64,000 bases of DNA, from the NCBI RefSeq assembly GCF_006345805.1, contig NC_043011.1, positions 46,202,464 to 46,266,463 of the forward strand, written 5' to 3'. How positions within the stretch are numbered: the stretch's first letter is position 1; each line of letters starts with the position of its first letter. Positions 26,834-40,585 of the stretch are shown here, one piece after another. Both the position numbers and the translations under genes were made by a program. Source of the DNA: Octopus sinensis. Its lineage: Eukaryota. The notes under the pieces are model-generated. The model was given only the letters and a program-made list of their open reading frames with translations. It was not told the DNA's origin and made no database searches.

Positions 26834-28244
26834 ATTCGGCACAAGTGAATAAGGCAGATTATAATGGTCATATAATGGTCATAATATCGCCATTTTATAA
26901 CAATACTTATTATATTTAAACATACTTTTTTAACCACTCTCTATTTCCTTTGTTCTCTAGACTGGAAATGCTTTAAAAATTGAATGAGTTGATTGTATGA
27001 TACAAGAATTAATAAAAGGGATTAGCTCTCAACCTTGAAAAATAAGAACAACCAACTCAAATTAAGAGCTATCTAACCTGTCTAACCCACTCAGTCATAT
27101 AAGAATGACAGATAATAATGATTACTGTTATTATTGTATAGCCCAGTTCAGCATTAACTAAAGAATACTCCTAACATGTAAATAACTAAATGACTAGATG
27201 TGATTGATGACAAGGATGTTAAAACTGATGCCATGTAAATTATGAATACAGGAATATAGTTTTGTATAAAAGTGACTATATAACAGAAATCCAGTACATA
27301 TTTCCCAATATCACACTGAATACTTTATTGCGAGAAAAATATTAGTATTTATAATAGTGATTTCTTCAAGTTTAAACTGTAGAATTATTTTTACCATGAC
27401 ACTTTGAACATTTCATTTTAAAATTAAATTAAATGTAAAACCACAAGCAATATTTAATAACAAGATTGAAGGTTTATAAAATTTTTTAATATTTCCAAAG
27501 ATATTGGATATTTTCTGAAATTATTAGTTTAAACTAGAAGTTAATTTATTTTCTTAAAATTTATATTGCACGTAACTTTTAACAATATTACACATATCAC
27601 ACACAATAAAATGCTGCAATAACAATCAATTTGATATAAGAAAGTTTTCTTTAAGGAAGGTATTTTTCTTCACTATTTTCCAATCTAAAATAAATCTGTC
27701 ATGTGGAAGATAAAAGTCAGAATTTGATAAACCCTTTTTCATTTCATTTTATAAAAGATATAAAATTAATATATATCAATCAATCTCATTTATATACACT
27801 GCACATCCATTTCTTCATACTGATGCAATAATATGAAAATGGTTAGACAAACATCCCCGAATCAATTGTTTTCCTTCACCATTATAAACATTCTGCCATC
27901 TCTTTTTTGATTGTTTAATTCCATTTCCTCAACATTCTAAGAATATTGAACCTCATATAAAATTTCTCAATAATGCAAGAGAATGAAACATATACGTACT
28001 CTCTTTTACTCTCACTTTTACTTGTTTCAGTCATTTGACTGTCGCCATGCTAGAGCACCTCCCTTAGTCGAGCAAATCAGCCCCAGGACTTATTCTTTGT
28101 AAGCCTAGTACTTATTCTACCAGTCTCTTTTGCCAAACCGCTATGTTATGGGGGACGTAAACACACCAGCATCAGTTGTCAAGCAATGTTGGGGGGACAA
28201 ACATATACACACACACAAACATATATATATATATATATATATAT

Positions 28245-28440
28245 TTTATTTTATAGAAGGAGCTTCTACAGGACTAGAACTGTTCATTCAAAAGAAATCA
28301 TCAGGAGCTTCCTGATGATTTCTTTTGAATGAAACAGTTCTAGTCCTGTAGAAGCTCCTTCTATAAAATAAATTAATTACTCTGCTATGTATTGAGTACC
28401 TTATTTACTGTGGTTAACCCCGACTCAACCCGGGACCTAC
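28245..28440 (+). mobile_element. Penelope-like pLTR fragment with inverted 5' duplication (128-bp palindrome)
   Basis: Arms 28245-28306 / 28310-28372 are reverse complements with one indel; contains a hammerhead core. Confidence 0.7.
28304..28358 (+). ncRNA. Type I hammerhead ribozyme (short stem II)
   Basis: Stem I GGAGCTTC/GAAGCTCC, CUGAUGA 28312-28318, stem II TTC/GAA, GAAA 28331-28334, stem III ACAG/CTGT, GUA site ending 28350. Confidence 0.75.
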
Positions 28441-28471
<31 letters not shown>

Positions 28472-29274
28472 CATACATACATACATATATACAATTTCCA
28501 TCAACGAAACCCACTCACAAGGCTTTGGTCGGCCCGAGGCTATAGTAGAAGGCACTTGCCCATGCAGTGGGACTGAACCTGGAACGATGTGGTTTGTAAC
28601 GAAGCTACTTACCACACAGCCACTCCTACGCAAATGTCTTAGCAGAGAAAAGTAATACCATAACAAGATAATAAGGGTAGCCTTAGATTTACTTGTAACT
28701 AAAAGAGAAACCTTTTAAAAAATTTACCAAGATAAAATTTCTAAAAAAAATCATCCCACACTAATGTAACTGACTGATATTAGATGCAATCAGCAAGGAA
28801 ACAAAAGGATTTTACTGACAGCCATGAAATAACGTGGTTTATTTCTAGTACAGTGGTTAGGAAAATATTAATAATGTAATGTTCAATAAGAAAATTGGAT
28901 TGATTAAAAAGGAATATAATGTAGTGAAAAGTTGATTAAAGATGGTGACTGGATAAAGTATTCATGCTCCAGCTTATTGACGTGTTTAGTTGAATTTCTA
29001 TATTAAGTTATAAGAATTAGATACAGTTTGTAAATGTTAGATGCAACAGAAAAAGAGTTAATCTTCACGTACACCACTGAATCTAGTCATGTGCTGCATA
29101 TAGATATTATTGTAATTTTTATCTATGTTGATATAAAACAAGATCTGTAAATAAATACTGCATATGTATATGTGTATATGTAAAGAACATTATTAAGAGA
29201 TGAAATTTTAGTTCTGTCCTTCCAAAACATCAGAGGAATGATCTCTTCTCCATCTATTCTATGATAAATAAGAT

Positions 29275-29663
29275 GGATGGAAGCACTCTGTCGGTTACGA
29301 CGATGAGGGTTCCAGTTGATCCGAATCAACGGAACAGCCTGCTCGTGAAATTAACGTGTAAGTGGCTGAGCACTCCACAGACACATGCACCCTTAACGTA
29401 GTTCTCGGGGATATTCAGCATGACACAGAGAGTGACAAGGCCGGCCCCTTGAAATACAGGTACAACAGAAACAGGAAGTAAGAGTGAGAGAAAGTTGTGG
29501 TGAAAGAGTACAGCAGGGATCACCACCATCCCCTGCCAGAGCGTCGTGGAGCTTTTAGGTGTTTTCGCTCAATAAACACTCACAACGCCCAGTCTGGGAA
29601 TCGAAACCACGATCCTATGACCGCAAGTCCGCTGCCCTAACCACTGGGCCATTGCGCCTCCAC
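29275..29663 (-). mobile_element. SINE family B with TSD
   Basis: GATAAATAAGAT at 29263-29274 and 29664-29675. Confidence 0.92.
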
Positions 29664-29994
29664 GATAAATAAGATAATAGTATAGAAAGACAACTGGGTA
29701 ATGCTGCAAGTTGGAGAGGTCAGAAGGGTAAAGGAGGTGGAGGAGGAATTACTGAAGCTGAATAAATTGACAAAAGTTTTTAAAAAATTACATTCAGTGT
29801 GCATCAACCATTCTTATTACACGGTTACAAGCACTATTTGATGCAATATTAACCAAGATGTTAATGAAAAAAATCTAAGACATAGTCTTCTATAGTCGCT
29901 AATAACTGAAAGAATTTGTACTGTTATGAACCAATGAGAGAAAATATTTTTTCAATTATTTTCTTGTGTAATTAATTATCATTATTATTAGTTA

Positions 29995-30850
29995 AATGTG
30001 GTGGGTTGGAAGAATTGCCAGCACACTTTACAGAATGCTTAGTGGCATTTCATCTGTCTCTATGTTCTGAGTTTAAATTCTACCAAGTTTGTCTTCACCT
30101 CACATCTTATAGGAGTCTATGAAATAAGTACCAGTTAAGCACTAGGGTCAATGTGATCGACTGACCCTCTCCTCAAAAATGTCAGGCCTTGCACCTATAT
30201 TAGAATGGATTCTTATAAAAGACAATGAGCTGGCAGAATTGTTAGCATGCTAGACAAAATGCTTAGCAGCATTTTGCCTGTGTTTACAATTTTCAGTTCA
30301 AATTCCACTGAAGTCACCTATGCCTTTCATTCTTTCAGGGTCAATGAAATAAGTACAAATCAAATATTGGCATGTATGTTATCAACTACATCCCTCCACC
30401 AAAATTTCAGACCTTGTACCTATAATAGAAAGAATTCTTCCTTTGTATTATTACTATTATTATTATCTATTTCTTTATTGCCCACAAGGGGCTAAACATA
30501 AAGGGGACAAACAAGGACAGACAAATGGATTGAGTCGATTACATCGACCCAGTGCGTAACTGGTACTTAATTTATCAACCCCAAAAGTCAACCTTGGCAG
30601 AATTTGAACTCAGAACGTAGCAGCAGATGAAATACCATTAAGCATTCCATCTGGCGTGCAAACGATTCTACCAGCTCGACTTTGCCTTTCAACCTTCCAG
30701 GGTTCGATAAATTAAGTACCAGTTACGCACTGGGGGCTATGTAATCGACTTAATCTGTTTGTCTGTCCTTGTTTGTTCCCTCTATGTTTAGACCCTTGTG
30801 GGAAATAAAGAAATAAGAAGCGTTAGCATGCAGGGCACAATGCTTAGTGG
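29995..30850. mobile_element. Cluster of nested and inverted SINE E copies
   Basis: Plus-strand heads at ~29995 and ~30225, minus copy 30466-30680 joined head-on to a plus-strand tail 30677-30815. Confidence 0.75.
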
Positions 30851-31399
30851 CACTTCGTTTGTCTTCCTGTTTTAAGTTAAAATCGACCAGAAAACAACAG
30901 GAAAGGCAACTGAATTTGTTTAGAGCATGTTCATATTGACTGTAACAAATAATCTAAAATATGGCAGTGCAAAACATAGAAAAAGGCAAAATTCTCATAT
31001 CTTAAGATAAAGTTTTAGAATACAAATGTAAATATCTGTTATATAAAATAAGGGGAGAAATACATTTATCTTTATAACAGCAATAACGTCATTTTACTAT
31101 CTAAATAATTGTATCTGGAATGCAGTTTAGGAAACTATTTATGGGAATATTTGCATGACAGTGACTCTGAAGCCATATCCAAAGTGTTCTATCTCTATAA
31201 CGGTAATTAAAAACTAATATCTGCATATACTTGATTGTGTATATCATTATTTCTACAGAATTAACCAAGTACCAATATATCTGGAACTAGATAAATGGAA
31301 AATTATAATTGAACAGCGATAATATAATAAGTATCTTTATAGGAGTTGATTGTAATAATTATTATTGTGGAGATACATTTGTAAGAGATAAATATAATA

Positions 31400-32000
31400 A
31401 GGAGAGCACAGGAAGTGGTCGAAAAAGCCAGCTTCTATATATGGCTGAAGCGGGTAGACCAAAAATGGCTTGAAAGTCATAACATGCTTGCGGAAAATAA
31501 CATCACTAGGTGAGACAAGCTGACACTGAATTAGCTTCGCTGATTGACAGGTGACGGTTGGTTAGAGAATGCATGGGCTAAGACTACACGCCTTCATTGG
31601 TCAGTTACAGTTGAGACAGTGTCATATGACAACTTGCTGGGGCTGCCTGCTGGAGCTGCCTGCTGGAGCCTAGCAGAAGGTATTTAAAGGGAAAAATTTG
31701 ACAAGATAGTCAGTTGCCCGCTGACACTCGTTGATGCTACATCGAAGAGGCCAGGGAACAGAAGAAAGATGGAGAAAGAAGACATGCGCCCAACACCAGA
31801 GCTGAAGATACCTCCAAAAGGGGGTGCCCCGCCACGTCAAAACGGTAGAGGAGGAGCGGCCGAAACCAGACGTGGTTCCTCCTGATGATGTCTTGAGCTA
31901 ACTGGATCCTATAAAGGAGCTGTTGTCATAGCAGACCACGAAACAAGGTTGAAATTACCCCAAGCGAATCAACCCTAATATACACCTGGTATTTATTACC
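31400..32000 (+). mobile_element. GC-richer LTR/pLTR-like interspersed repeat; 3' part shared with 38105-38290
   Basis: CCAAT-like and TATTTAAAG motifs upstream; CTGAAGA and CTGATGA motifs conserved in both copies. Confidence 0.45.
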
Positions 32001-32460
32001 AATTACATACAAGTGGAACTCAAAATCAACCCCTAGAAAAAACAAGAGAGACAAAACTAAATACTCTCCAACACTCTGCTCCAACTACCACTCTATCTTT
32101 TCCCACCTCCAATGAGTAAAGATTACATACCGTATGGTATCAAATTCTAATTCATTTTCTGAATGCTTGCTTAATAATGATTTCTTATGTTAGCACAGAG
32201 CTACAAATTGTTAGGGATGATGGTGCCTAAGCAGTGAATCAATTCAGTACACAGCTGTTAGTTATTTTATCAATACTTGGATGTGATTGAGCATATTTGA
32301 TGCCAATGGGATTTCAACAAAAAACAAACAGCAAAAGTAACTAAATGTCATGAGGAATTTGGTTTGATATTCTACTGATTTCTTCCCCATCTTAATATCA
32401 AAATAGCAATGTCATAACATACAAGGTTTCAGTATAATATTAATCTCAGTCATAGCTGTG

Positions 32461-32766
32461 ATATCTATATATATAAAAGTGAAGTTGTGTGAGTGTCTGT
32501 CTCCTACGATTTAGATTCCTAACTACTCCCACATTTTGCAGTGCAGCATAACCAAAAGCGGGTATCTTATAGTCGTGATTCATATCAAGCCCTTCTGGGT
32601 ATTAGCGCACATCCACGATGAGTCTACGATTTAAAAAAAAATTTACCATAATTTTTTCCCATTTTTAATGCATTTTTTTGCTATTATATAAGGGAAGTAA
32701 CTCTCTAAAAATGCTTATATAGTTATTTCCCTTACAAACCCGAGCAACACCGGGCGATACTGCTAG
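32461..32766. mobile_element. HINE/DINE-like element (opposite orientation to 26442)
   Basis: CCCGAGCAACACCGGGCGATACTGCTAGT end; ATCTATATATATAAAAGTGAAGTTGTG other end. Confidence 0.7.
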
Positions 32767-33062
32767 TAATTATCAAACCATTTATTTAATAATATTAAGC
32801 TTAAGCATATAATTGTTATTGCCCACATGGCAATGATATCTGCATATATTACTTTAATTTCCAACTATTCTTATTGGTTCAGCAATATACATTTACTGAT
32901 TACTTTCTAAGACTCCATCTATCATAGAAATTAAGGCAATGTAGAAAGAATGTTGAGATAAGCTCAAAACAAACTACCTAATCATGTAATGATTTGTGAT
33001 TTACTTCAACAAACCTTGTAAGAGGTAAAGTGAAACAAATAAAATTTTTATGAATATATAGG

Positions 33063-33475
33063 TATAGGAGTGGCTGTGTGGTAAGTAGCTTGCTTACGAA
33101 CCACATGGTTCCGGATTCATTCCCACTGTGTGGAACCTTGGGCAAATGTCTTCTACTATAGCCTCGGGCCGACCTAAGCCTTGTGAGTGGATTTGGTAGA
33201 CGGAAACTGAAAGGAGCCTGTTGTATATATGTATATATATATATATGTGTATGTGTGTATGTTTGTGTGTCTGTGTTTGTCCCCCCAACATTGCTTGACC
33301 ACCGACGCTGGTGTGTTTACATCCCTGTAACTTATCAATTTGGCAAAAGAGACCAATAGAATAAGTACTAGGCTTACAAAGAATAAGTCCTGGGTTCGAT
33401 TTGCTTGACTAAAGGCGGTGCTCCAGCATGGCCACATTCAAATGACTGAAACAAGTAAAAGAGTAAAGAGAGAGT
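33063..33475 (+). mobile_element. SINE family A
   Basis: Full-length copy. Confidence 0.9.
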
Positions 33476-35106
33476 ATACATTAACTACTCTGCAGTGCTT
33501 TTACTAATAAAACAGAGGTTGATATGGTGGTAACTCATTTCTTGTGGCATAATAACTGTAAAGAATTTGTTCATTATCAACATGTTTATGTGAATATTAG
33601 CACGGGGACTCATTGAATGGTAATCAGATAGGAGAGAGCACGTGTGTTAGGTGTACTAGTGACTATATGGTATGGTCAAAATACAGCTGAACTTTATGAC
33701 TTACGTTTTGACATTTGACTTAAATTCTTTCTTTCAATTTGTGAAATATCTGCCAAATAATAAACTTTTATTTACAATGTTTTGTATACTCTAAGACTTC
33801 TGCTGTTAGACTTTACAAACTATGTGAGAGCATTCTATTTAAAGTATAGAGCTGTCTAATATAGGAATGTCACTGAAATATAAATATGTGTTACCTCTCT
33901 CGAAGAACTGCCGAATGTGTCCAAGTGTCCATTTTAAAGAGTGGTGTCAAACATAAATATTACACGTTGCACATAATAGCATTAGTGGCTTACAGCCAAC
34001 TAACCACAATAAAAATCGCTATAAAAGAATGAGAGAATATCAATGGACTTGAATACAAGGTGGATAGAATTAGTTTCCATCATTTGTTCTTCTGACAAAC
34101 AATCCAGCAGCTTGCCAAACGGAACCTAATTACTTTCAATGATATTGTCATTTCTTTCTTTCTTTGAATCAAAGAGATAAGATGTGCGTATGTGTGGGTG
34201 TATGTGTTACTTTGCTGGTATTTGTACACAAGAACACAAGCGAAAAATAAATTAACTAAAGTGCTAAGAAAGCACTCAATTTGCTGGATCACAAAAAGAA
34301 AAGAATAAGCAAAAAGAAAAATGAAATAAAGGTGAGAGGATGCAGTAGTCAGGTGTATTACATAGTTGTAAGTTTACCAGTTCAGTATCTGTGAGGTTGG
34401 TAATACTTGACTATTAAGAATAAGTAGAATTGTTCCCTACTGAATGAACGATTATCATTACAAGATCCTTGCAAATGCTTCCATTGTTTCTGAAGCTAAG
34501 AAAACACTGGATCAAATAAAATGTGATTACTGCTTCTATAAACTATTCTGCTACACCAGCCATTGAAAACAGTTTTGTGTTTATCTTAACGTCTCTCTGA
34601 AGCACTCTTGTCTCTTTCCAAGTTAATGAGCTAAAGCTGCTATACAAATTTCTCTTAACTATATGTAACATATTGCTCTACTTGAATGAATAAGCAAATC
34701 AGCAACGTCTTCTCAAGTAATTCTGTACATTTTTTTCCATTTTTTCTATGGACTTTCCCTTTCTGGTTAAAATAATCAATACACAGTAATGAAAACCACA
34801 CCAATTATTCTTGACCTCCTGACCTAAAATCATTGCTGATTTAACTAGCAGGTGATTAGTAGGTGTCACTTCACTAAATCAATTATTTCCAAAACGTGCT
34901 CTTGTGAAAGTGCATATTCCAAGATTAATAAAAATAATTTCTCAAGTAAGCATATAGCCAGAGCAAAAAATATAATATTGTGAATACCATAGTTTCTGTA
35001 AAGTATTAGCAATTATAAAGAAGTGAAACAAGTCCAATATGACATTATCCTTGGAGAGATTTATCTCTCATCCATTCATTAAAATAGAAAGTTGTATTCT
35101 ATGCAG

Positions 35107-35163
35107 TACCAGCATCCTTCTGAAGTGTTTAAAGATAAATTCTTAAGCTGCAGGCTGAGCAAA
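35107..35163 (+). CDS. Candidate 57-nt exon
   Basis: TTCTATGCAG acceptor, AAA|GTAAGT donor, open frame YQHPSEVFKDKFLSCRLSK. Confidence 0.15.
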
Positions 35164-37190
35164 GTAAGTTATGTGTTTTGCCCATAGTTTGAATTAAATA
35201 ATCAGTCTGAATTAAATTCTATCATTGAAAATCACTTGAACTTTATTGTTATTTATAAGTGTAATAAGTAGAGGATGAATACAGAACTGATTAACCCTTC
35301 GTAACAGTGGTGAGTTAGTGTCCTTATGGGTTACAGGACTAACAGACACCATCACCAAAGTTAAAATAAAATTTAATAACGAAATAATTCAACTGATTCT
35401 TAAATGCTATAGGCTGCAATGGCAATAACATATTTCCTTCTGTATTTTTTTCTACTTGACAGTCAATGTTCTATGCTATCATAGTCTAAATGATTTTTGC
35501 TAAGAGCAATTTGCTGAACATTCTCCCAACAAATAACCACTTAAATGTGAAGTGAGGCCAGACCCTTATGCCAGTCAATAAACTGAGGGAACCTTGTGGC
35601 TAGGAGAGTTTGGAGTGATAATTATGTGACCACTGTTCAACTGCTAAATCTTACAGTTTTCGTGTCTCACAAAGAACAGACTGATATAATATACAAATGA
35701 AAGAAATCTCTATCTCTAATTAATTGTCAAACCAATATTTTAAGTACACTAAAAACAGGACAAAACTGGTGGATACAGGAATTTTATGTGAAAACGAACG
35801 ATATAAAATGGTAATCATAGTAGATATATAATGATATGTGTATTTTAATAACATTATCAAATACTGCCTTATATTTGTGAGCATCTTGTTATAATTGTAT
35901 AGATCTTCTTACAATAGCAGTTGCCAGAAATTTTCTTTTCCTGATAAAAGGCACCAAATTCATTCTGTTCTAACCAAACGGCACTAACTCAATTGATTTG
36001 TGTGGGTGTATATTAAGTGTATTAAATGTGCTTGCTTAGAATATTTGTCAGTGCACACACACCACACACGCACGCACACACACATACACAGATGTGTATA
36101 TTTGCATGAAATTATGTGAGAGTAATTCCTGAAAATATTTTGTGGAACATATTTTTTGCCATGGATGAAATATATGTGAAAAAAAGAAGGAAAACAACAA
36201 TAGCAAGAAAGAAAACAGAATGGTTTTCAGAGTGAATACAGGCAGCATGTTAACAGTAGCAGAGTTCTGCTGAATTTAAAATCAATAGTTTTTTGCCCAT
36301 GCTAGATTTGTGTCAAAAAAATATTCTTCTATACAGGATTCATGGTTTTATCAATGTATTTGTGTATACATGCATGAATACTTATGCATGCACGTACACA
36401 AATACATGTTACATGCACATACACACATACATGTGCTTACACAGACACACACACACACACACACACAATGGCACATGTGTGCATGCACACAAACTCATGT
36501 TCTTTAAATGTTTTGCATCGGCAGGATCACAACTTTGGAAATTTATTCAACTCTGACCATATATAGCAAAAGAAAACCAGAAATTACTTTTTTAAAATTC
36601 TCACATACCTATGTACAAACACCTTTAAAACTTCCATAACATGATTGCCCCACCCACCAATCCGCCCACCTACCCATCCATCCACCCATCCATCCACTCA
36701 TCCACCCACCCATCCATCCACCCACAGATATGTATAACACATGGCTTTAGTTAAAAATTAAAGCAAAGTGTTAAAATCATTATAAAACATTAGTCAGGTT
36801 CTGTGTTCATAAACAGTTAAAGCTAATTTATTGGGGTTGTTCGAGGCAACCTCTATAGACAACTCAATCAGCTGGAAATAGCAGTTAAATTACTTTCAAA
36901 TTGCACCCTACCATTTCCAAAAAAGACCAACAAAAATAAAAGTAAAAATATCATCATAACTATACAATAATGACGGAATTGTCTTAGTTGGAATGTCTTT
37001 GATCACAGAGTCTGCTTGGTCAGGCCTGGTCTGGTGCTATGTAACAACTTATTGGAGTTTCACCTATCTATCTCGGGAACATATGCAGATCTCTGTAGTG
37101 ATGGGTGTGAATGTATACAGATGTGTAGCTCTAATTGGATTTAGTAAGTTGAAACAGAGAAAATTGTTTTAAAGCTCTTATTATGCTTAC

Positions 37191-37329
37191 TGCCATTGAT
37201 TAAACTGAATTTCGAAGAGTATGGCTGTTTCAAGACAACTAAACTTTCGATGTTATCAGATGTAAGGAATTTCATTATTTTGTTTAATGTATCGATAATT
37301 ATAGGGAGGATGTAACTTGCATTGTCAGG
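37191..37329 (-). CDS. Candidate 139-nt exon
   Basis: Open 46 codons PDNASYILPIIIDTLNKIMKFLTSDNIESLVVLKQPYSSKFSLING ending at a GTAAGC donor; acceptor weak. Confidence 0.15.
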
Positions 37330-37936
37330 CTATAACTATGCTGAACATCAACCACCAGTTTGTTCTTGATGTAGAGTAACCCTTTACCATTTTATAAGAA
37401 ACGTCAGTTATTGTTTAACACCACTAAATCAGTCTTGATTGAATGAACCTTTTATCAAAGATCTTCCAGTCATGACCATCTCATCATTGTAAGCATCTGA
37501 GCCTTCTTGCTTAAGGTAAAACAATGTGATTTGAGTAATATTCAGCACCTGTTTCAAGCTGGTCAAGCTACATTATGGAGGCTTTCTTGATGGTTCAAAA
37601 GATCTGTGTTAGTCTTTAGTGCTACATGTGCAGATACTTATATTTCTTATGTATATATGTGTATATATATAAGAATTTTTTTCGTAATGAGATAAAAAAC
37701 CAAGGCTGTGTAGATATTAGAATATTTATAGATAGAAGGTCTTACAGCTGTTTCCAGGATATTTATTAATTATAACCCTTCTTTGGTGTGAGAGGATGGT
37801 TAAATAATAGTTAATTTAGATAGGATACAACACAGAGAGTGAGGTGGAGGAATGAAAATAGATGTGAGGTATGTAGAGATATTGAATTTGTTGATCCATT
37901 TGTTGATCAGAATAGTATATATGTAAGATTCCAATA

Positions 37937-38000
<64 letters not shown>

Positions 38001-38104
38001 ATATACCAGTGAGTATTGAAAGGGAAATTTGGCAGAATGGTCATTCATCTACTGACATTCATTGATGCTGCATGGAAGACAATGCAACCAAAAAACAAAA
38101 AAAA

Positions 38105-38290
38105 ACACACTCAACAGCAAAGCTGAAGACACCTCTGAAAGGTGGGGCCCTGCCACATCAGAAAACAGTAGAGGAATAGGGGCCAAAACTGGACATGGTT
38201 CCTCCTGATGACGTCTTTAGTTACTGGATCCCAAAAAGGAGTTGTTTAGTTAGCTAACCACGTAAAGTGGTTGGAATTTCTCTTATATAT
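38105..38290 (+). mobile_element. Second, diverged copy of the 31790-31960 repeat
   Basis: GCTGAAGA-CACCTC...GGTTCCTCCTGATGA-GTCTT...CTGGATCC shared. Confidence 0.75.
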
Positions 38291-38829
38291 GTATGAGATG
38301 TGAGACATGGTTACAACAGTTCTGTAAAGTAGTGGTAAACAGTAACTGAATATAAATTCCTGGTTGAACTATTTCAGTCGGTTAAGTCTTTTATTTTTGA
38401 TTCTGTTCAATAATCCAAAGAAAGTTTGGTATTGTTAATCCGTTCTGCCATTGATAGCTTACAAGAAATTAAAATCTTCAAAGATATCCCTACCCACAAC
38501 AACTTTCTACTTCAGACACTCTTCAGGAAGGTTATTCTGAAGATTCAACAAAGCATTTAAACAAGAGCAATTCTTTATCAAGGAAAACTTGTTTTGTTAT
38601 GAATAAGTTTCACTTTAAATAGAATGATAGTTTAAGAATTTGGGGGAATGTTAATTTTAAAGTCATCATTGGTTTTCTACAAAAGGAATAGGAAATTCTT
38701 TCTGTTCCAGCAACAGAAACCAATAGTTAGTCATATCCAACATCACACTTACAAAATCATAGTGTTGTTATCAATCTCGTTGTTGCTGAGTGAACAATAC
38801 ATGAATCAAAGATAGATCATGAATGATTA

Positions 38830-39140
38830 CAGGATTTGGACCGAGAAAGTTACCCTCTGAGGCACAAGTCCAGGCAACGTTGTTTATGGAAGACCAGCAG
38901 TCACCCTTGCATACCAGCCTCTCCTCTCCATGCCACTGATGTTATCTAAGGGAAAAGCAAAAGCCAATACAGATTGGCACCAGTGACATCACAACTCATT
39001 TCTAAATTTGACTGAACTGGAGCAATGTGAAATAAAGTGTCCTGCTCAAGAACACAACATCCAGCCTGGTCTGGGAATCAAACTCACTACCACATGACTG
39101 TGAGCCTGACAGTCTAACCAGTGAGCCATGTGCCTTCACT
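38830..39140 (-). mobile_element. SINE family C
   Basis: Reverse-complement homology to 11193-11512. Confidence 0.8.
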
Positions 39141-39981
39141 TTCTCAGCCTAGGCTGGTATGATTTTAAAGTGCCTGGTTCTCACATAATACTAACAAGAC
39201 ACACTATGAAATGAAAGGAACAGTTTAAGCGAAGTAGACTGGGGTGAGTGAAATAATGTGTCTTGTCACAATGAAATGTTAATGACAGTTTTTCGATTAA
39301 TATTGATTGTGGCAGTAGTCCATCAGTTTAACCAGTTATCAATAATATTTATTCTCTATTCATGTAAGATTAACAGCTTATTGTTCGATAAATAATTCTT
39401 CAAAATTGAAATAATGCAAATAATAGTTAACATTCCTGTTTAAACAAAAATAGAGTAAAACTAAATAGGAGGGGGGAAAAAGCCATAACAATCTCAGATT
39501 CAATAGTCAACAACGCTGAAATAATTCCTTATTTATGCTTGCATTGTTTGTCATGCTCCGATGATTTAGTTTAAATGTATCCCAATATTAGTTATTGAAA
39601 TTTTTAAACCAATGTATTTTCGATTAATTATAAAATAAGCATTTGTATCTCTTTCTTTTTTTTACTTCTGGAAACATATTGTATCCCTGTGAATTTCCTT
39701 TTGGTTTTAACAATCTGAAGTATGTGCATAAGTGGAAATTAATACAATGCTATTAAAAGTTTCTTTGCAAACCTGTTTTTTTCTTTTTCTCAAAATCAAC
39801 AGCAGTAAACTGTAAAGTAAACACTCACCTGAAATTAAAAGAAAAAAAGGAAGAAAATTGTAGTTATATCAAAAATTAAGTAGGGACAAAACAGAATAAT
39901 TTTATTATTAAAAGACCGTACAGTAAATCAATTTGTGCAGGGAAAGTATATTTGTTGCTGTGAAACATATAGGTTTATATT

Positions 39982-40184
39982 TACTCTGTTACTTGTTTCA
40001 GTCATTTGACTGTGGCCACGTTGGAGCACCGCCTTTAGTCGAACAAATCGATGCCAGGACTTATTCTTTGTAAGCCTAGTACTTATTCAATCAGTATCTT
40101 TTGCTGAACCGCTAAGTAATGGGGACATAAGCACACCAGCATCGGTTGTCAATTGATGCTGGGAGGACAAAGACAGACACACAA

Positions 40185-40231
<47 letters not shown>

Positions 40232-40397
40232 TACGACAGGCTTCTTTCAGTTTCCGTCAACCAAATCCACTCACAAGGCTTTGGTCGGCCTGAAGCTATA
40301 GTAGAAGACACTTGCCCAAGGTGCCACGCAGTGGGACTGAACCCAGAACCATGTGGTTTGTAAGCAAGCTACTTACCACACAGCCACTCCTGCACCT
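39982..40397 (-). mobile_element. SINE family A
   Basis: Full-length reverse copy. Confidence 0.9.
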
Positions 40398-40585
40398 ATC
40401 TTCATATATTAGATAGAATGTTCTATAGAACCTGTTAATTCAAGTGTTCTGGTAAAAAAAGTGGATATAACAAAGTCCCTGAATGGATGTGTTACTAAGC
40501 CTATTTCAGTATAGCAATATTCTGAGTTCAAATTTCATAAAGCCAATAATTTCTTTCATCTCTCTCTCAGTTGAAGTGAAGAATT

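Larger units (their letters stand above)
27997..28632 (-). mobile_element. SINE family A split by a hammerhead-bearing insertion in its internal microsatellite
   Basis: 3' part 27997-28215, 5' part 28495-28632. Confidence 0.85.
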
